DNA of 64,000 nucleotides from an uncultured Caldisericota bacterium (GCA_903871855.1 CAIQIK010000023.1:5761-69760), one strand, 5' to 3'. Shown: positions 8,880 to 18,323, numbered from the stretch's first letter. Notes: generated by a model not told the origin, from the sequence alone. Program-made: numbers and translations.

Positions 8880-10612
8880 GCCAGTTCCTCCTCGGAGAGC
8901 TGCGAGTAAACGATCTCGCGGTAGACCTCACAGGTCTTCATCAGTTCCTTATGCGTGCCGATACCGGCGAGCTTGCCGTCATCCAGCACAATGATGCGGT
9001 CGGCATTCATGATGCTGCCCACTCGCTGGGCGACAATGATGACCGTCGCGTCACGGGTTTCCTTCTTGAGAGCTGCCCTGAGATTGGCATCCGTCTTGAA
9101 GTCGAGGGCCGAGAAGCTGTCGTCGAAGATGTAGATCTCCGGCCTTCGGACAAGAGCGCGAGCCATGGCAAGCCGCTGCTTCTGTCCTCCGGAAAGGTTC
9201 AGCCCGCCTTCGGAGAGCATCGTCATGTACCCGTCCGGCATTGTGGTGATGAACTCGGCCGCCTGTGCCACGTCGGCAGCGTGTGCCACCTCCATGTCCG
9301 TCGCATCGTCCTTGCCATAGCGGATGTTGTCAGCCACCGTACCCGTGAACAGGATGGCCTTCTGGGGCACAAAGCCGATCCTGTGTCTCAGATCCTCCTG
9401 CGCAAGCTCTCGTACATCCACGCCGTCGACAAGGACCTTGCCACTGCCCACGTCGTAAAATCGGGGAATGAGGCTGACCAGCGTAGTCTTTCCACTGCCG
9501 GTGCTGCCAATGATGGCGGTCGTCTCACCGGGCTTTGCGTCGAAGCTGATGTTGCACAAGGCAGCCTCTTCGCCTCCGTCATAGCTGAAGCCGACGTCCT
9601 GGAAAGCCACATGACCCCGTTCTGAATCGGTCTGCCGTGTCTCAGCAGCGTCCGTTATCTCGGGGCGCGTCTCGAGCACCGCCATGATTCGGTCGCTTGC
9701 CGCGACACTGCGTGGCAACTGGATGAACAGCATTGTCAGCATGAGGATCGCTATCAGGATCTGAAGAGCGTACTGCATAAAGGCGAGCATCGGGCCCAGC
9801 GTCAGACCGCCGGCGTCGATGCGCTTGCTACCAAACCAGATAATCGCGATCGTGACGCCGTTCATTACGAGCATCATGAGCGGCATCAGTCCTGCCATAA
9901 TGCGGTTTACACTGATGTACGTATTGGTGACATCGGCATTGGCCTGGTCGAAACGGGCCTTCTCGTGGTCGATCCGATTGAACGCACGGATGACGCGGAT
10001 ACCCGTTAGATTCTCACGAACAACCTTCGTGATCTTGTCGATCTCAATCTGAACTATGCCGAAGAGCGGTATGACCAGTCTCATCACCACCACAATTACC
10101 ACGGCGATGATCGGCAGAGCGACATACAGGATCCGCGTCAGCCGCGGGTCTGCGGCATAAGCAAGGAATGCAGCGCCAACACTGGTGAAGAGTGCGTTTG
10201 CGATCATGGTCAGGAATAGCACCGTGCTGGTCTGGATTTGGACAACATCATTGGTGGTTCTTGTGAGCAGTGTCGAAGCGCCGAACTTGTCAAATTCGTG
10301 AAGGGAGAAGTTCTCAACGTGCGTGAAGATCTTGGCACGCAGGACCTTGCCCAGACCCAGGGCTGACCGGGAAGCCATCAGGCTTGCCAGCACAGCACAG
10401 ATCCCACCCGCTGCTGAAACCAGCAGCATGATGCCCCCTTCCTTCCAGATGTAGCCGCTATCGCCAGCAATGATGCCCTTGTCGACTATGTTTGACATCA
10501 ACGTGGGCAGCTCAAGGTTGGCCCTGACCGACAGGTACATGAGTGCCACACCAACAATGATGAGAATAGTGAACTGCTTCAGGTTCCGGTATATTTTGAA
10601 CAGATTACGCAC
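8876..10612 (-). CDS. ABC exporter, fused permease/ATPase subunit (heterodimer partner)
   Basis: 578 aa. GTG start 10612 lies 5 nt after GAGGTGG. Walker A GSTGSGKTT, signature LSGGQKQR, Walker B IYIFDDSFSALD. Confidence 0.9.
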   Translation of the reverse strand: MRNLFKIYRNLKQFTILIIVGVALMYLSVRANLELPTLMSNIVDKGIIAGDSGYIWKEGGIMLLVSAAGGICAVLASLMASRSALGLGKVLRAKIFTHVENFSLHEFDKFGASTLLTRTTNDVVQIQTSTVLFLTMIANALFTSVGAAFLAYAADPRLTRILYVALPIIAVVIVVVMRLVIPLFGIVQIEIDKITKVVRENLTGIRVIRAFNRIDHEKARFDQANADVTNTYISVNRIMAGLMPLMMLVMNGVTIAIIWFGSKRIDAGGLTLGPMLAFMQYALQILIAILMLTMLFIQLPRSVAASDRIMAVLETRPEITDAAETRQTDSERGHVAFQDVGFSYDGGEEAALCNISFDAKPGETTAIIGSTGSGKTTLVSLIPRFYDVGSGKVLVDGVDVRELAQEDLRHRIGFVPQKAILFTGTVADNIRYGKDDATDMEVAHAADVAQAAEFITTMPDGYMTMLSEGGLNLSGGQKQRLAMARALVRRPEIYIFDDSFSALDFKTDANLRAALKKETRDATVIIVAQRVGSIMNADRIIVLDDGKLAGIGTHKELMKTCEVYREIVYSQLSEEELA

Positions 10613-10627
10613 GTTTCCACCTCAATG

Positions 10628-11242
10628 TCAGGTTGTCGTCAGTGATGCAGGCTGGAATATTCGCATGAGTATTTCGGGGTCGGGCATTGTTTCTATAGTT
10701 CCGGAGACTTTCAGTGATGCGAGACCAAGGATTGCTGAAAAAAACGTCTGAACAAGCTGCACAGGATCTCCCTGCGCTATCTGGCCCTTGTGCTGTCCCT
10801 GTTTGATCACGTAGACCAGCATGTCGAATGGTCTTTCCGAACCATGCCGATGCTCGATTGCTTGAGCAGGGTACATCCCGCTCGTCATGGCCTCCATCAT
10901 AAGGACAAAGTAATATCCTATCGATTGGTCCTGCCCAACGCTCTTGAAAATCCGCGCGACCAAGGTTCGCATCTTGTCGATCGGCTCCATATCGTCTGCT
11001 CTCACTTGTTCAATTACGCACTTCGAGGAATCGACGGCATCCCTGACCAGCTCGGCGTAAATCTCTTCCTTCGATTGGAAGTAGTGATACATGAGCCCGT
11101 AGCTCATTCCTGCCTCCGTTGCGATGTCGCTGATCTTCGCAGCCGCGAAGCCTTTGTGGATGAAAACCTTCAGAGCAGAAGAGAGGATCTGCTTCTGTCG
11201 ATCATCTTTGATGTGTATGTTTGCTTCTTCACTGCGAGGCAT
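10628..11242 (-). CDS. TetR/AcrR family transcriptional regulator
   Basis: 204 aa. N-terminal HTH FAAAKISDIATEAGMSYGLMYHYFQSKEEIY. SD AAGGAG. The stop is 15 nt upstream of the ABC gene. Confidence 0.85.
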   Translation of the reverse strand: MPRSEEANIHIKDDRQKQILSSALKVFIHKGFAAAKISDIATEAGMSYGLMYHYFQSKEEIYAELVRDAVDSSKCVIEQVRADDMEPIDKMRTLVARIFKSVGQDQSIGYYFVLMMEAMTSGMYPAQAIEHRHGSERPFDMLVYVIKQGQHKGQIAQGDPVQLVQTFFSAILGLASLKVSGTIETMPDPEILMRIFQPASLTTT

Positions 11243-11263
11243 GATCCACTCGATCTCCTTTGA

Positions 11264-11279
11264 TTGACTTGTCAGTCAA
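11264..11279. promoter_or_regulatory. Candidate TetR operator palindrome
   Basis: TTGACT-tgtc-AGTCAA (6-bp arms), 22-37 nt upstream of the tetR-like ATG. Confidence 0.35.
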
Positions 11280-11404
11280 CAATTGGTCAGTGTACGCCGT
11301 ATCGCACGAGAAACAACAGGTCAGCTTCACAGTTGGAATACAGACGTCATCCCCGCGACGGCGGGAATCTACGGGGTTGACGCTGTAATGCCGATCGGAT
11401 ACGG

Positions 11405-12661
11405 CTACGTTTCGGAAACTTCGGCCCGCTTGTGGACGGTGTGGAACCAGGTCTGGTTGTTGCGCGTGAAGAGGGCGATGAAGTCGAGCGGAACCCATGT
11501 CAACCCATACACGGCGAACATAAACACACCCCACCAGTATTTCGGCTTCACCTTCTCTAGCAACAGGGAGGCGACAAGCATCGGAGGGGCAAACCACTCA
11601 AGCGCAAACAGGGCGACCCAGACCCATGGTGTGACGATGCCGGCTGACGCCCACACTGGTACCGCCATATGTGCAAAGTGAACAACGATGTTGACGAGCA
11701 TCAGGAGATAGGAGAATATCATCCAGATCGGCTGCCCGATGTAGACCAGGATGTCGAAGGCCGCCATGTCGAATCGCGTGAAAAACCGCTTCCAGAGAGG
11801 CCACGTGTAGCGGAAGCCCAACTGAAAGTGGCCGCGCATCCAGCGCATGCGCTGGTTCCAGGAAGCGCGCATGGTGAGAGGCTTCTCGTCGTAAACGTGC
11901 GCATCCCACGCCCAGGTCGGGCGAACGCCCTGCAGGACGCACTTCATCGTGAATTCCAGATCCTCGGTGATGGAATGGGGATTCCAGCCGATCTCGTCGA
12001 TCAGCGACATCGCCATGCAGGAACCCGTACCACCCAGCATGGAGGCAAGACCGATGTTGCTGCGGGCAAGGTCCCAGAAACGGTTGGTGTACCAGTATCC
12101 GATGGCATACGACAGCGAGATCCACGTGTCCCCCGGGTTCTTCATGTCGAGATACCCCTGGACAGCGCGATGGCCGGCCTGTGCGTAGCGGTCGACCTCG
12201 CGCAGGAAGTTGGCACTGACCAGGTTGTCCGCGTCGAACATGGCCATCATGTCATACGGCTGGCCCGTAGACTTGATGCGCGCGAGGAGCCAGCCGATGG
12301 CATGCCCCTTGCCGGTGAGAACCGCGTCCGTGCGTTCATAGACGATGGCGCCGTGCTGCTGCGCCACGCGGGCGGTATCGTCCGTGCAGTTGTCCGCGAC
12401 GACGTAGACGTCGAAAAGCTCACGGGGATACTCCTGTCGTGCCAGCGAATCCAGCACGTCGCTGATGACGTGTGCCTCGTTGTGTGCCGCGACGACAACA
12501 GCGAACCGCGTGACGGGGTTCCGCAACGGCGGCTTGCGCCTCTGGTAGAACCCGAACAGCGACATGACAGACTGGTATGCCGACAGAACGAAGACACTGT
12601 CCTGCAAGACAGCCAGCAACAAGTAGCCAAGCCGTCGTATAAACTCTGGTCCTGGGTGCAT
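11405..12661 (-). CDS. Processive family-2 glycosyltransferase (PgaC/IcaA/cellulose-synthase-like) with flanking TM helices
   Basis: ORF 11405..12781. Start ATG 12661 follows GGGAG. Motifs: VVVAAHNE, DADN, and the Q-x-x-RW motif QRMRWMRG. Several C-terminal TM helices. Confidence 0.8.
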   Translation of the reverse strand: MHPGPEFIRRLGYLLLAVLQDSVFVLSAYQSVMSLFGFYQRRKPPLRNPVTRFAVVVAAHNEAHVISDVLDSLARQEYPRELFDVYVVADNCTDDTARVAQQHGAIVYERTDAVLTGKGHAIGWLLARIKSTGQPYDMMAMFDADNLVSANFLREVDRYAQAGHRAVQGYLDMKNPGDTWISLSYAIGYWYTNRFWDLARSNIGLASMLGGTGSCMAMSLIDEIGWNPHSITEDLEFTMKCVLQGVRPTWAWDAHVYDEKPLTMRASWNQRMRWMRGHFQLGFRYTWPLWKRFFTRFDMAAFDILVYIGQPIWMIFSYLLMLVNIVVHFAHMAVPVWASAGIVTPWVWVALFALEWFAPPMLVASLLLEKVKPKYWWGVFMFAVYGLTWVPLDFIALFTRNNQTWFHTVHKRAEVSET

Positions 12662-13041
12662 TCCATCATCTCCCACGCAGACACGATGCCAGCACGCTCC
12701 TGCCGTAGCAATCGAAGATGATAAGCCGACAGTGCCTGATGTAAAGCAGGAAGAAGATGAATGTGCCCAGCTCATTCGCAAGCGGAGGCAGCAATCGGTA
12801 CAAACAGGTCTTCATGACCCGGCCGACAAGATGGCAACTTATCTTGTCATACAGTCGCGGCAAGCGACGATCATGGTTGTTACTCGGTCGTGCTCATTGC
12901 ACAAAGGAGATCCGCTGTGAGCGCTCCACGCATGGCGAAGATTGTGCAAAAGCATGTACAATGAGAGCGCCCACGACGCATGGAAGAAGCACGTTCCAAT
13001 TGGCATTGAATCACAATACGGACTATGAACAGGAGGTTGCC

Positions 13042-13611
13042 ATGATAAGGGATCTGGTTTTGAAGAATAGGAGTTACCGAAGGTTCTATGAGGATGCCCC
13101 GGTGGACTGTCAGACGTTGAGGGAGCTTGTTGACCTTGCAAGGCTGTCCGCTTCTGCCGCAAACAAGCAGCCTCTGCGGTACATGCTTTCCTGCACGAAG
13201 GAGAAGAATGCGCTGATTTTCCCCACGCTTGCCTGGGCTGCATATCTGAAAGACTGGAACGGACCGCCCGCCGGAGAGCGTCCTTCAGCGTACATCGTCA
13301 TTCTTGCTGACAAGGAGATTTCTGCGAATTACAACTGGGACGCCGGCATCTGCTCGCAGAGCATCCTGCTTGGAGCGGTGGAGAGGGGTCTTGGTGGCTG
13401 TATCATTGCTTCGGTCAACAAACCCAGTCTCAAACAGGCACTCAGTATCCCTGACAAGTATGAGATCGTCTTCGTTCTGGCGCTTGGCAAACCGAAGGAG
13501 AACGTCGTCATTGAGTCTGTCCCTCCGAACGGAAACATCAGGTACTGGAGAGATGCCGAGGAAACCCACCATGTCCCAAAGCGGTTGCTCGAGGACCTGA
13601 TTATTGGGTGA
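13042..13611 (+). CDS. Nitroreductase family protein
   Basis: Start ATG 13042 lies 5 nt after AGGAGG (13031-13036). KNRSYRRF...LVDLARLSASAANKQPLRY... is typical of the NADH oxidase/flavin reductase fold. Confidence 0.8.
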   Translation: MIRDLVLKNRSYRRFYEDAPVDCQTLRELVDLARLSASAANKQPLRYMLSCTKEKNALIFPTLAWAAYLKDWNGPPAGERPSAYIVILADKEISANYNWDAGICSQSILLGAVERGLGGCIIASVNKPSLKQALSIPDKYEIVFVLALGKPKENVVIESVPPNGNIRYWRDAEETHHVPKRLLEDLIIG

Positions 13612-13620
13612 CACCCATGC

Positions 13621-13974
13621 CTAGTGTTGTCCCACGACCTTCCCAATGATCAGGAGAAGCGATGTCAGCCCGAAGCAGACGCCGAGCCATGCAATCCATG
13701 AGCGTTCATGCTGGCGCAGGATTGCCATCAGACCGACGATGCCGGCTCCCAGGCCACATGCCAGCATCACAATGGCATAGGGGGGCACTACCGCGCTCCT
13801 CCATGGGGCATTGTCTGCCAGTTGCATGAGCACCGCTATATCGACCACGTAGAGAACCAGATACGCGACGGCCAGGGCGACAGACCACCGCCCAAGCCAT
13901 GTACTGGGCCGCCTGAGAAGACCATGCCATCCAGTCGGTGGCGTGTCTGGTGAAATTCTGGGATCGGTATTCAT
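13621..13974 (-). CDS. Small integral membrane protein (3 predicted TM helices)
   Basis: The long ORF 13621..14283 is trimmed to ATG 13974, which follows GAGGAGGTG. The 5' extension would overlap the macro-domain gene on the other strand. Confidence 0.55.
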   Translation of the reverse strand: MNTDPRISPDTPPTGWHGLLRRPSTWLGRWSVALAVAYLVLYVVDIAVLMQLADNAPWRSAVVPPYAIVMLACGLGAGIVGLMAILRQHERSWIAWLGVCFGLTSLLLIIGKVVGQH

Positions 13975-14152
13975 GTCACCACCTCCTCTTTTTTGTATTA
14001 TACAGCAATCCGCTGAAACCCGCCAGCCAGTCCTGCAGCACCTTCGTTCGATATCCTCTCCTCTGGTACAGTGACCGCTTGCGCGCACCGGCCAGCCCGC
14101 TATCATGCTGGTGCGTTTGCCACGACGGCGGGCACGGGAGCGAGGTGCGTAC

Positions 14153-14704
14153 ATGATTGAGAAGTCGAGAAAAGTTGACCGGCTGTCGCTGGAGCTTGGG
14201 GATATCACCCGCTTCATGGGCGATGCCATCGTGAATGCCGCCAACGAGTCGCTGCTGGGCGGGGGCGGCGTCGATGGCGCCATCCACGCAACCGCCGGGC
14301 CTGACTTGCTGGCCGAATGCCGGGCTCTGCACGGATGCGCGACTGGTCAGGCCAAGTTGACCGGAGGGTACCACCTGTCCGCACGACATGTGATCCACGC
14401 GGTCGGGCCGGTGTGGTATGGCGGCACGCGCGGTGAAGAGGCGCTGCTGGCCAGTGCCTACCGGTCCTGCCTCGAGCTGGCCGAGCAGTATGATCTACGG
14501 ACCGTCGCTTTCCCTGCAATCAGCACCGGCGTATACGGGTACCCCCTGGAAGAGGCGACACGCGTCGCTCTGAGGACCATCCTCGCATGGCTGGGCGACC
14601 ACCTCCTGCCTGAGCACGTGACCTGCATGTGCTACAACCAGCGCACCCTAGAGATGTACGAAAGCGTGCTCGCGTCGCTGATCAAGGAGGGACGTAACGC
14701 CTGA
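14153..14704 (+). CDS. Macro-domain protein (O-acetyl-ADP-ribose deacetylase, YmdB-like)
   Basis: GDITRF.GDAIVNAANESLLGGGGVDGAIH...HAVGPVW...AFPAISTGVYGYP. Start ATG 14153 follows GAGGTG. Confidence 0.85.
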   Translation: MIEKSRKVDRLSLELGDITRFMGDAIVNAANESLLGGGGVDGAIHATAGPDLLAECRALHGCATGQAKLTGGYHLSARHVIHAVGPVWYGGTRGEEALLASAYRSCLELAEQYDLRTVAFPAISTGVYGYPLEEATRVALRTILAWLGDHLLPEHVTCMCYNQRTLEMYESVLASLIKEGRNA

Positions 14705-14833
14705 CTGCAACACCAGTCTGGGTCGTGACGCCAGGCGTTCGCTCTGGATTGTCAAGATATCGCATTGACTTCATCTGTTGCGCACGGTGCGAGAACACAG
14801 TATCATGGTCGCGATATCCCAGTGAGGTGAGCC

Positions 14834-15448
14834 GTGGAAACAACCCACAAGCACAGAGACGGAATCAGCAAACTGACACTCTTGATCGCGGTCCTGGTCA
14901 TCATCCTCGTCGCCGTCATCGTCGTCTCGGCTCTGCAGAACGCCAAGAAGGCAACGCCTGGCACGGGAACGACAACGGGACCTAGCACACTGGCTACCGG
15001 ATACGTAGTCCGACCCTTCAGCGCGAGCGACCTGAACGGGCGCATCGTCGACAACAGCTTCTTTGCAAAACAGCGCCTGACCATGGTCAACATCTGGGGG
15101 ACCTTCTGCGGTCCATGTATCCGCGAGATGCCCGACCTGGCGCAGCTCCCAGCGGCGTTCTCCGCCACTGATTTTGCCATCCTGGGAATCATCGCCGATA
15201 CGCCGGACGCGGCGAACGAGACCACCGCACGCCAGCTGACGGCGTCAGCAGGTGTCACCTACACGAACGTCATCCCAGACCACTCCATTATGTACGACAT
15301 GCTTGCTGACGTGAGTGTCGTGCCGACGACCTTCTTCGTCGACCACACGGGGACTGTCGTGGGCAGCGTGCTGACCGGCTCGCACACCAAGGCCGAGTGG
15401 ATGAGTATCATTCAGGGCGTGTTTGCAGCCCTTCCCACCGGGCCGTAG
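14834..15448 (+). CDS. TlpA/ResA-like membrane-anchored thiol-disulfide oxidoreductase
   Basis: GTG start follows GAGGTGA. One N-terminal TM helix. Thioredoxin-fold motif NIWGTFCGPC. Confidence 0.8.
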   Translation: METTHKHRDGISKLTLLIAVLVIILVAVIVVSALQNAKKATPGTGTTTGPSTLATGYVVRPFSASDLNGRIVDNSFFAKQRLTMVNIWGTFCGPCIREMPDLAQLPAAFSATDFAILGIIADTPDAANETTARQLTASAGVTYTNVIPDHSIMYDMLADVSVVPTTFFVDHTGTVVGSVLTGSHTKAEWMSIIQGVFAALPTGP

Positions 15449-15452
15449 CACG

Positions 15453-15596
15453 GTGAGCGCACGCCTCAGGCTGCTTCGGGTCGCCCTGCTGGTCCTGGCC
15501 ATCCTTGGCATCATCCTCGGCGCCATGAACGGCGAAGTCCGCACGGTCGTCACCAAGGCCATCAACGTGTGCCTTCAGTGTATCGGCATCGGGTAG
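15453..15596 (+). CDS. 47-aa membrane peptide with C-terminal CxxC (CD1871A-like)
   Basis: Absent from the ORF track (shorter than 60 aa). My translation from GTG 15453: VSARLRLLRVALLVLAILGIILGAMNGEVRTVVTKAINVCLQCIGIG, stop TAG 15594-15596. It begins 4 nt after the TlpA-like stop and ends 4 nt before the next ATG. Confidence 0.6.
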   Translation: MSARLRLLRVALLVLAILGIILGAMNGEVRTVVTKAINVCLQCIGIG

Positions 15597-15600
15597 GCGC

Positions 15601-16455
15601 ATGAGCTCGCACAGGACAGCGTTTCAGGCTGTCACCGTCGTCCTCCAAAACTCATGGTTTGCCGGGTTCCTGCGTGGCCGCGTCTGGCGCGGTTCCAGCA
15701 AGGCTGTCTGTGTCCCGGGACTCAACTGCTATTCCTGCCCGGGCGCCTGGGGCTCGTGCCCCATCGGCTCACTGCAGGCAGTCTTCAACCGCGCGAGCAA
15801 CCGCATCTCGCTGTATGTCGCCGGGATCATCGGGCTTTTCGGCGTCATGCTAGGACGCCTCGTGTGTGGATGGCTGTGCCCCTTCGGTCTGATCCAGGAA
15901 CTGCTGTACCGCATCCGTTCGCGCAAGGTGCGTATCGGCCCCACACGCCTGCGCTATCTGAAGTATGCTGTCCTAGCTGTTCTCGTCATCCTCATCCCCC
16001 TGCTGGTGCGAGACAGGTTTGGCGTGGGGGACCCATGGTTCTGCAAACTGGTGTGTCCCGCAGGAACGCTGGAGGCTGCCCTGCCCCTGATGGCTCTGAA
16101 CGCGTCGTTACGGGGTGCCGCAGGTTGGCTGTTTGTCTGGAAAGCAAGCATTCTTGTTGCGACGGTGGCCGCATCGGTCGTCGCATACCGCCCCTTCTGC
16201 CGATTCGTCTGCCCCCTGGGTGCCATCTATGGGCTGTTCAACCGCGTCAGCTTCGTACAGCTGACGCTGAACAAAGGTACCTGCACGCACTGCGGCGCAT
16301 GTGCGGCCGTCTGCAAGATGGGCGTCGATCCGTCGCGCGACCCAGGCAGCATCGAGTGTATCCGCTGCAGCGACTGCGTTGCCGTCTGCCCGGTGCACAC
16401 GTTGTCCCTAGGGCTGCAGTCCGGTCAGCGGAAGCGGCGTACCGTCACTAACTGA
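15601..16455 (+). CDS. Membrane 4Fe-4S polyferredoxin (NapH/MauN-like)
   Basis: 284 aa. Repeated CP.G motifs in TM segments (CYSCPGAWGSCPIG, WLCPFG, CKLVCPAG, RFVCPLG). C-terminal ferredoxin motifs CTHCGACAAVC and CIRCSDCVAVCP. Confidence 0.8.
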   Translation: MSSHRTAFQAVTVVLQNSWFAGFLRGRVWRGSSKAVCVPGLNCYSCPGAWGSCPIGSLQAVFNRASNRISLYVAGIIGLFGVMLGRLVCGWLCPFGLIQELLYRIRSRKVRIGPTRLRYLKYAVLAVLVILIPLLVRDRFGVGDPWFCKLVCPAGTLEAALPLMALNASLRGAAGWLFVWKASILVATVAASVVAYRPFCRFVCPLGAIYGLFNRVSFVQLTLNKGTCTHCGACAAVCKMGVDPSRDPGSIECIRCSDCVAVCPVHTLSLGLQSGQRKRRTVTN

Positions 16456-16509
16456 ACCAGCTCAACTGCTCCGGCGCCGCAACACCCGCGTCCTGCCCGT
16501 GACAGCGAG

Positions 16510-16545
16510 CCCAGCCGCCGGCGTAGGGATACGCCGGCGGCTGGG
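16510..16545 (+). terminator. Hairpin terminator after the polyferredoxin gene
   Basis: Perfect 15-bp stem CCCAGCCGCCGGCGT / ACGCCGGCGGCTGGG with loop AGGGAT. There is no T-run. Confidence 0.5.
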
Positions 16546-16725
16546 AAGATGGTCAGGTCTAGCGGCCAACGGTTACCCGAATCGCAGCTGGTGCCGATGG
16601 ATGCTTGTTGCCAACCATGAGCGGCTGCAGCCTCGCTCTGGCGCGCGACGACACTGTGGCGCGCATTTCCCCTGCTATACTGCTGTGGCAACATCGCCAT
16701 CGACTCACTTTGATAAGGGGGACCC

Positions 16726-17280
16726 ATGAATGTTCTGATCGTGTACTACAGCAACGAAGGCTCGACTGCCAAGGTCGCCGAGGGTTTGGCACAAGCGACC
16801 GGGGGGACTGTTCGTCAGCTCATCGACAAGAGAGCCGCAGGACCCTGGTCCATAATTGCAGCATTGCTCGGCCTGGGGACCCGGCTGGTCGGCGCCGACT
16901 ATGATGTCAGCGGCCGGGATGTCGTCGTCGTCATGACACCCGTGTGGGCAGGTAGTCCCACGCCTGCCATCAATACCTTTATCGCACGTGCTCAGCTGCG
17001 CGACAAGCGCGCCTTCTTCGTCAGCGTTGGCGCCAGCCCCACGAATCCCCGCACCGTCGCGCTCATGGAGCGCCGACTCAAGGCTCGCGGTGCTCTAGTC
17101 GTCGGCCACCAGGAGATCCTGGGCAAGCAGCCAAGGATGAGCGCCCCCGCCAAGGGCAAGGAACCCCAGGTTCCCGCGCAGCCTGACCCTACCGACGAGG
17201 AGCTGATCGAGGATGGAACCGCTATCGCCCATACCCTCGAGGCAGCCCTTGCACCAGGCACGAGCGAGGCCGACTTGTAG
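16726..17280 (+). CDS. Flavodoxin-family protein with a Pro/acidic C-terminal tail
   Basis: MNVLIVYYSNEGSTAKVAEGLA is a flavodoxin-like FMN-loop start. 184 aa. Confidence 0.7.
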   Translation: MNVLIVYYSNEGSTAKVAEGLAQATGGTVRQLIDKRAAGPWSIIAALLGLGTRLVGADYDVSGRDVVVVMTPVWAGSPTPAINTFIARAQLRDKRAFFVSVGASPTNPRTVALMERRLKARGALVVGHQEILGKQPRMSAPAKGKEPQVPAQPDPTDEELIEDGTAIAHTLEAALAPGTSEADL

Positions 17281-17695
17281 GGCGGCTATCCAAACCAGAC
17301 GTTGGCGTGTGTCACGCTGCCACCGCTTAACTTCGCGAACGTTGCGGATGAAGTGTACGAAGGCAGTGTCACGATTCTGCACGTCGCTCCAAAACTGCGA
17401 GTCACAGTGGTCGCAAACTTGTACAGGCACCGCTGGCATGTTGACAGCAATGTCGAGGCCAGATGTTCAGAAGTAGCCTGTCTTGTGCAGGCATCGGATA
17501 CGATCGGCTAGCTCGTGCCGTCGGTCGTTCCACCCACAACTCTAACCCCCGCCCCCGCCCGGCGTCCAGTCACCGCACATGAATAATATAACTTGCGAGT
17601 GAATAGGTTCTGTGGACACAAACTGTGTGCTAACGCCAGTCATTCTATAACACTGAATGGATTCACGTTTTCTTCACTATCTTACGACTGACCTC

Positions 17696-17723
17696 TTGAC
17701 ATTCACTAACGCATTAATATTAT
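17696..17723 (+). promoter_or_regulatory. Sigma-70-type promoter in an AT-rich island
   Basis: TTGACA (17696-17701), 16 nt spacer, TATTAT (17718-17723). It lies ~40 nt upstream of the ATG at 17763, and the surrounding ~190 bp are conspicuously AT-rich in a GC-rich window. Confidence 0.6.
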
Positions 17724-17762
17724 TGAAGTGCAATCAAACAAAATTCTACCAGGAGGCACGAG

Positions 17763-17891
17763 ATGACTGACATGACGACGAGACTGATGGACATGGTGCA
17801 TGGTGGCCGACTAGACAAGGCAACGGCGGCGATGCTTTTCAGCGTCGTCTGGACGGTTAGCGGCAAGCGCGAGTACATCATCAAAGACTAA
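17763..17891 (+). CDS. 42-aa ORF (leader or small protein) with a SHOCT-like motif
   Basis: Not in the ORF track. AGGAGG (17751-17756) sits 6 nt before the ATG. My translation: MTDMTTRLMDMVHGGRLDKATAAMLFSVVWTVSGKREYIIKD. Confidence 0.5.
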   Translation: MTDMTTRLMDMVHGGRLDKATAAMLFSVVWTVSGKREYIIKD

Positions 17892-17920
17892 ACACATACA
17901 TCCGATACCAGGAGGAGAAC

Positions 17921-18316
17921 ATGTCTCAAGAACATGAGAAGATCGAACGCATGGTCCAGCAGGGCAAGCTGTCACGTACCGAGGCAGACGAACTACTCGC
18001 GGCCCTCGAGCCGCAGGAATCCGGGCAGTCACGTCCACCCATCCAAGGGACTCAACCTCGTTCACGTCGGACGTTTCGGATCCACGTCGACAAGGCTGAC
18101 GGTAAACACGTCGACCTGGGTTTTCCAATAGGACTTGTGGGCGTCGGCCTGAACATCCTTACCCGCAGAGGAACAACGACGATCGATGTCGACGGCAAGG
18201 AAGTCCCGATCGATGTCGAGGGGATCAAGCGTTTGGTTGCGGATCCTGCCTTCGTCGGCGAACTGATGAACGTTCATACGGGCGACGGAGACAACGTCGT
18301 CCTCAGCGTCGAGTGA
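17921..18316 (+). CDS. SHOCT-like domain protein
   Basis: 131 aa with SD AGGAGGA. N-terminal QQGKLSRTEADELLAAL, a Pro/Gln-rich linker, then a beta-rich C-terminal half (RIHVDKADGKHVDLGFPIGLV...). Confidence 0.65.
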   Translation: MSQEHEKIERMVQQGKLSRTEADELLAALEPQESGQSRPPIQGTQPRSRRTFRIHVDKADGKHVDLGFPIGLVGVGLNILTRRGTTTIDVDGKEVPIDVEGIKRLVADPAFVGELMNVHTGDGDNVVLSVE

Positions 18317-18323
18317 GCCTGCC

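Noticed and set aside
11669-12721. 350-aa plus-strand ORF
   Set aside because: Antisense to the GT2 synthase gene, which has the DADN and QxxRW motifs. Shadow ORF.
13975-14283. 5' extension of ORF 13621..14283 (220-aa version)
   Set aside because: The extension overlaps the macro-domain gene on the opposite strand and is Pro/Ser/Arg-rich. An internal ATG at 13974 has a strong GAGGAGGTG SD and yields a coherent 117-aa membrane protein.
15654-16451. 265-aa ORF in an alternative frame of the polyferredoxin gene
   Set aside because: It is on the same strand but in a different frame and is Arg/Pro-rich. The 15601 frame carries all the Cys motifs and an ATG placed 4 nt after the CXXC peptide stop.
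17302-17511. Possible relic of an IS4-like transposase C-terminus (ANLYRHRWHVD resembles the Y-x2-R-x3-E-x6-K region)
   Set aside because: Only about 8 residues resemble the signature, the E and K positions do not fit, and there are no flanking inverted repeats. This is too weak to call a pseudogene without a BLASTX hit.
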